64,000 nucleotides of DNA, taken from an uncultured Nitrososphaerota archaeon (lineage in GTDB: Archaea > Thermoproteota > Nitrososphaeria > Nitrososphaerales > CADDZS01). A program made the translations under genes and the position numbers. A model generated the notes under the pieces. It saw only the letters and a program-made list of their open reading frames with translations, searched no databases and was not told the DNA's origin. The stretch lies in the NCBI GenBank assembly GCA_963799845.1, contig CAWCYI010000004.1, positions 992,001 to 1,056,000 on the forward strand. Reading direction: 5' to 3'. Within the stretch, counting starts at the first letter, position 1; every line of letters begins with the position of its first letter. Below, piece after piece: positions 62,348-64,000 of this stretch.

Positions 62348-63849
62348 TTTTTCGCAATTCCTCCCATCATCAGACCAATTTCCTCCAGCTTGGCTGACGC
62401 GGCTGGTACGATTCCCATGATCTTTCCCTCGGAGATGCACGCTATTCTATTGCTCAGTGACATGACTTCACTCAAGTCACTCGATATCAAGAGTATTCCG
62501 ACGCCGAGGGCCTTCTGCTCTTCGATTTTTTCGTGAATGAACTCCGTAGATCCAACATCTAAGCCAGACGTGGGTTGTGCCGCGATCAGTACTCTTGGAT
62601 GTCTTGAAAGAATTTTCGCTAATATCAGCTTCTGCATATTGCCACCCGACAGAGTTCTGGCAGGGGCGTCGACGCCTCCACATGTTATGGAAAATTCTTT
62701 GACTAGACTTTTGGCGTTCTCGTTGATATGATCATTGTCCAACACGTATCTTTTCTCAAATCGCCCATCTGTCCTTTGTTCAAGAATCAGGTTCTCGGCT
62801 ATGGACATGTCAAGAACCAGACCGGCACCAATTCTATCTTCAGGTATGTGGCCTACGCCGTGTTCAATTATTTCATTAGGTGAACGATTAGTAAGATCCA
62901 GCCCTTGAACTATAACCCGGCCGTTGGAAACCTTTCTCATCCCGCTCAGAACCTCGGCAAGCTCTGTTTGCCCATTCCCAGCTACACCAGCTATTCCGAG
63001 GATTTCGCCTTCACGAAGCTGAAAGGATACATCATTGAGTGCTAGCGCTCCCTTGTCATTCCTTGCGGAAACCTGTCTGACTTCTAGGGCGACCTTTACC
63101 AAAGGCTCCCCTCCGAGTCCCGCTTCCTTGTGCGAGATCGCTCTTCCGACCATCTTTTCGGCCAGCTCGTCTGGGTTGGTTTTCTTGGTCTCGAGCCTTG
63201 CGACTACCTCGCCACGCCGCAGAACGGTTACTCTGTCGCTGACGTCCATCACTTCGAGTAACTTGTGCGTGATTACTACCACGGCCCTTCCACCCTTAGC
63301 CATTGAGCGAATAAATTGGAAAAGACCTCCGGCCTCCTGCGGAGTTAGGACAGAAGTCGGCTCGTCGAGTATGAGCAATTCTGGCTCGCGATATAGAGCC
63401 TTAATTATTTCTACCCTTTGTCTCTCTCCGACGGAGAGCTGCTCTACCTTCGAGTCAGGATTTACAAGAAGGCCGTACTCTTTCGCGAGCTCATTTATCC
63501 TCTTGACAACATCGTCGAGATTAAGGTAAGGCTCTCTCTTAGCCTTGAGACCCAGTCCAACATTTTCAGCAACTGTTAGCGTCTGGACAAGTTCGAAGTA
63601 CTGGTGAACCATCGCAATCTTTAGAGCAATCGCGTCTTTGGGCGACCTTATATTGACTGGCTCTCCGTGCACGAGAATTTCGCCTGAGTCTGCTTTGTAC
63701 AGACCGTAAAGTATGTTCATCAGTGTCGTCTTGCCCGCTCCGTTCTCGCCTAGCAGAGCGTGGACCTCGCCCTGATAGATCGTGAAGTCGATGGAATTAT
63801 TGGCCACGACCCCCGAGAACCTCTTTGTAATCCCCTTCATCTCAATCAT
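62344..63849 (-). CDS. Nucleoside/purine-type (NupA/YufO-like) double-domain ABC ATPase
   Basis: GENGAGKTT, LSVGERQRVEI, GVAGNGQ, LSGGNMQK, QPT.GLDVG. Confidence 0.9.
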   Translation of the reverse strand: MIEMKGITKRFSGVVANNSIDFTIYQGEVHALLGENGAGKTTLMNILYGLYKADSGEILVHGEPVNIRSPKDAIALKIAMVHQYFELVQTLTVAENVGLGLKAKREPYLNLDDVVKRINELAKEYGLLVNPDSKVEQLSVGERQRVEIIKALYREPELLILDEPTSVLTPQEAGGLFQFIRSMAKGGRAVVVITHKLLEVMDVSDRVTVLRRGEVVARLETKKTNPDELAEKMVGRAISHKEAGLGGEPLVKVALEVRQVSARNDKGALALNDVSFQLREGEILGIAGVAGNGQTELAEVLSGMRKVSNGRVIVQGLDLTNRSPNEIIEHGVGHIPEDRIGAGLVLDMSIAENLILEQRTDGRFEKRYVLDNDHINENAKSLVKEFSITCGGVDAPARTLSGGNMQKLILAKILSRHPRVLIAAQPTSGLDVGSTEFIHEKIEEQKALGVGILLISSDLSEVMSLSNRIACISEGKIMGIVPAASAKLEEIGLMMGGIAKK

Positions 63850-63913
63850 GGGAAGAAGTGATGGAGGTCGTGACGAGGAAACATCGCTCAGTTGCAGATC
63901 AATCCTTTCGAAT

Positions 63914-63967
63914 CAAAAAGAGGGGAGGCGGGGACCCTGCCCGACTACCTGACTAAGGGGTAGTCGG
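63914..63967 (-). terminator. Stem-loop CCGACTACC/GGTAGTCGG spanning the stop codon, followed by a pyrimidine/T run
   Basis: Arms 63941-63949 and 63959-63967; CCTCCCCTCTTTTT downstream on the minus strand. Confidence 0.4.
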
Positions 63968-64000
63968 AGGGCTCGCAGTATTGTTGAATGGGACTTGGAT
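63953..64000 (-). CDS. 3' end of the upstream gene (possibly a BMP-family substrate-binding protein)
   Basis: ...IQVPFNNTASPPTTP*; position ahead of the Nup-type ATPase. Confidence 0.35.
   Translation of the reverse strand: MQVPFNNTASPPTTP

Overview
Archaeal chromosomal DNA, most likely a non-ammonia-oxidising Nitrososphaerota (Thaumarchaeota) lineage. This taxonomy is inferred from archaeal TATA-like promoters, near-leaderless starts, Ser/Thr-stalked exported proteins, F420-type LLM/PPOX genes and RHH/wHTH regulators. About 60 genes; I found no rRNA, tRNA, CRISPR or transposase. About 12 genes are split by single indels, which looks like long-read assembly error. Content in order: (1) two paralogous class III adenylate cyclase-TPR genes flanking a cupin and a DinB gene; (2) four DrrAB-type ABC-2 exporter pairs, one followed by a long bactofilin-like gene; (3) flippase/phosphodiesterase, M24 peptidase, atypical OYE, SDR, peptide SBP and a sulfonate-type ABC operon; (4) a Tat flavoprotein + DOMON-like + His-containing membrane protein operon; (5) NikR/NiCoT with a clear operator, then CoxG/amidohydrolase/orphan Mo-hydroxylase large subunit; (6) a 43.5-55 kb cluster (pncB, CBS x2, PolX, PRT + dienelactone hydrolase, CapA, NrdZ-type RNR) whose content parallels the mycobacterial DosR dormancy locus Rv0570-Rv0574c/hrp1, with an unannotated 7-Cys microprotein and a recurring TTG-N-CAA palindrome; (7) an orphan DnaK, small regulators and an FdrA/DUF2877 purine/ureide operon. 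Family calls come from motif recognition and recall only; no database searches were run.
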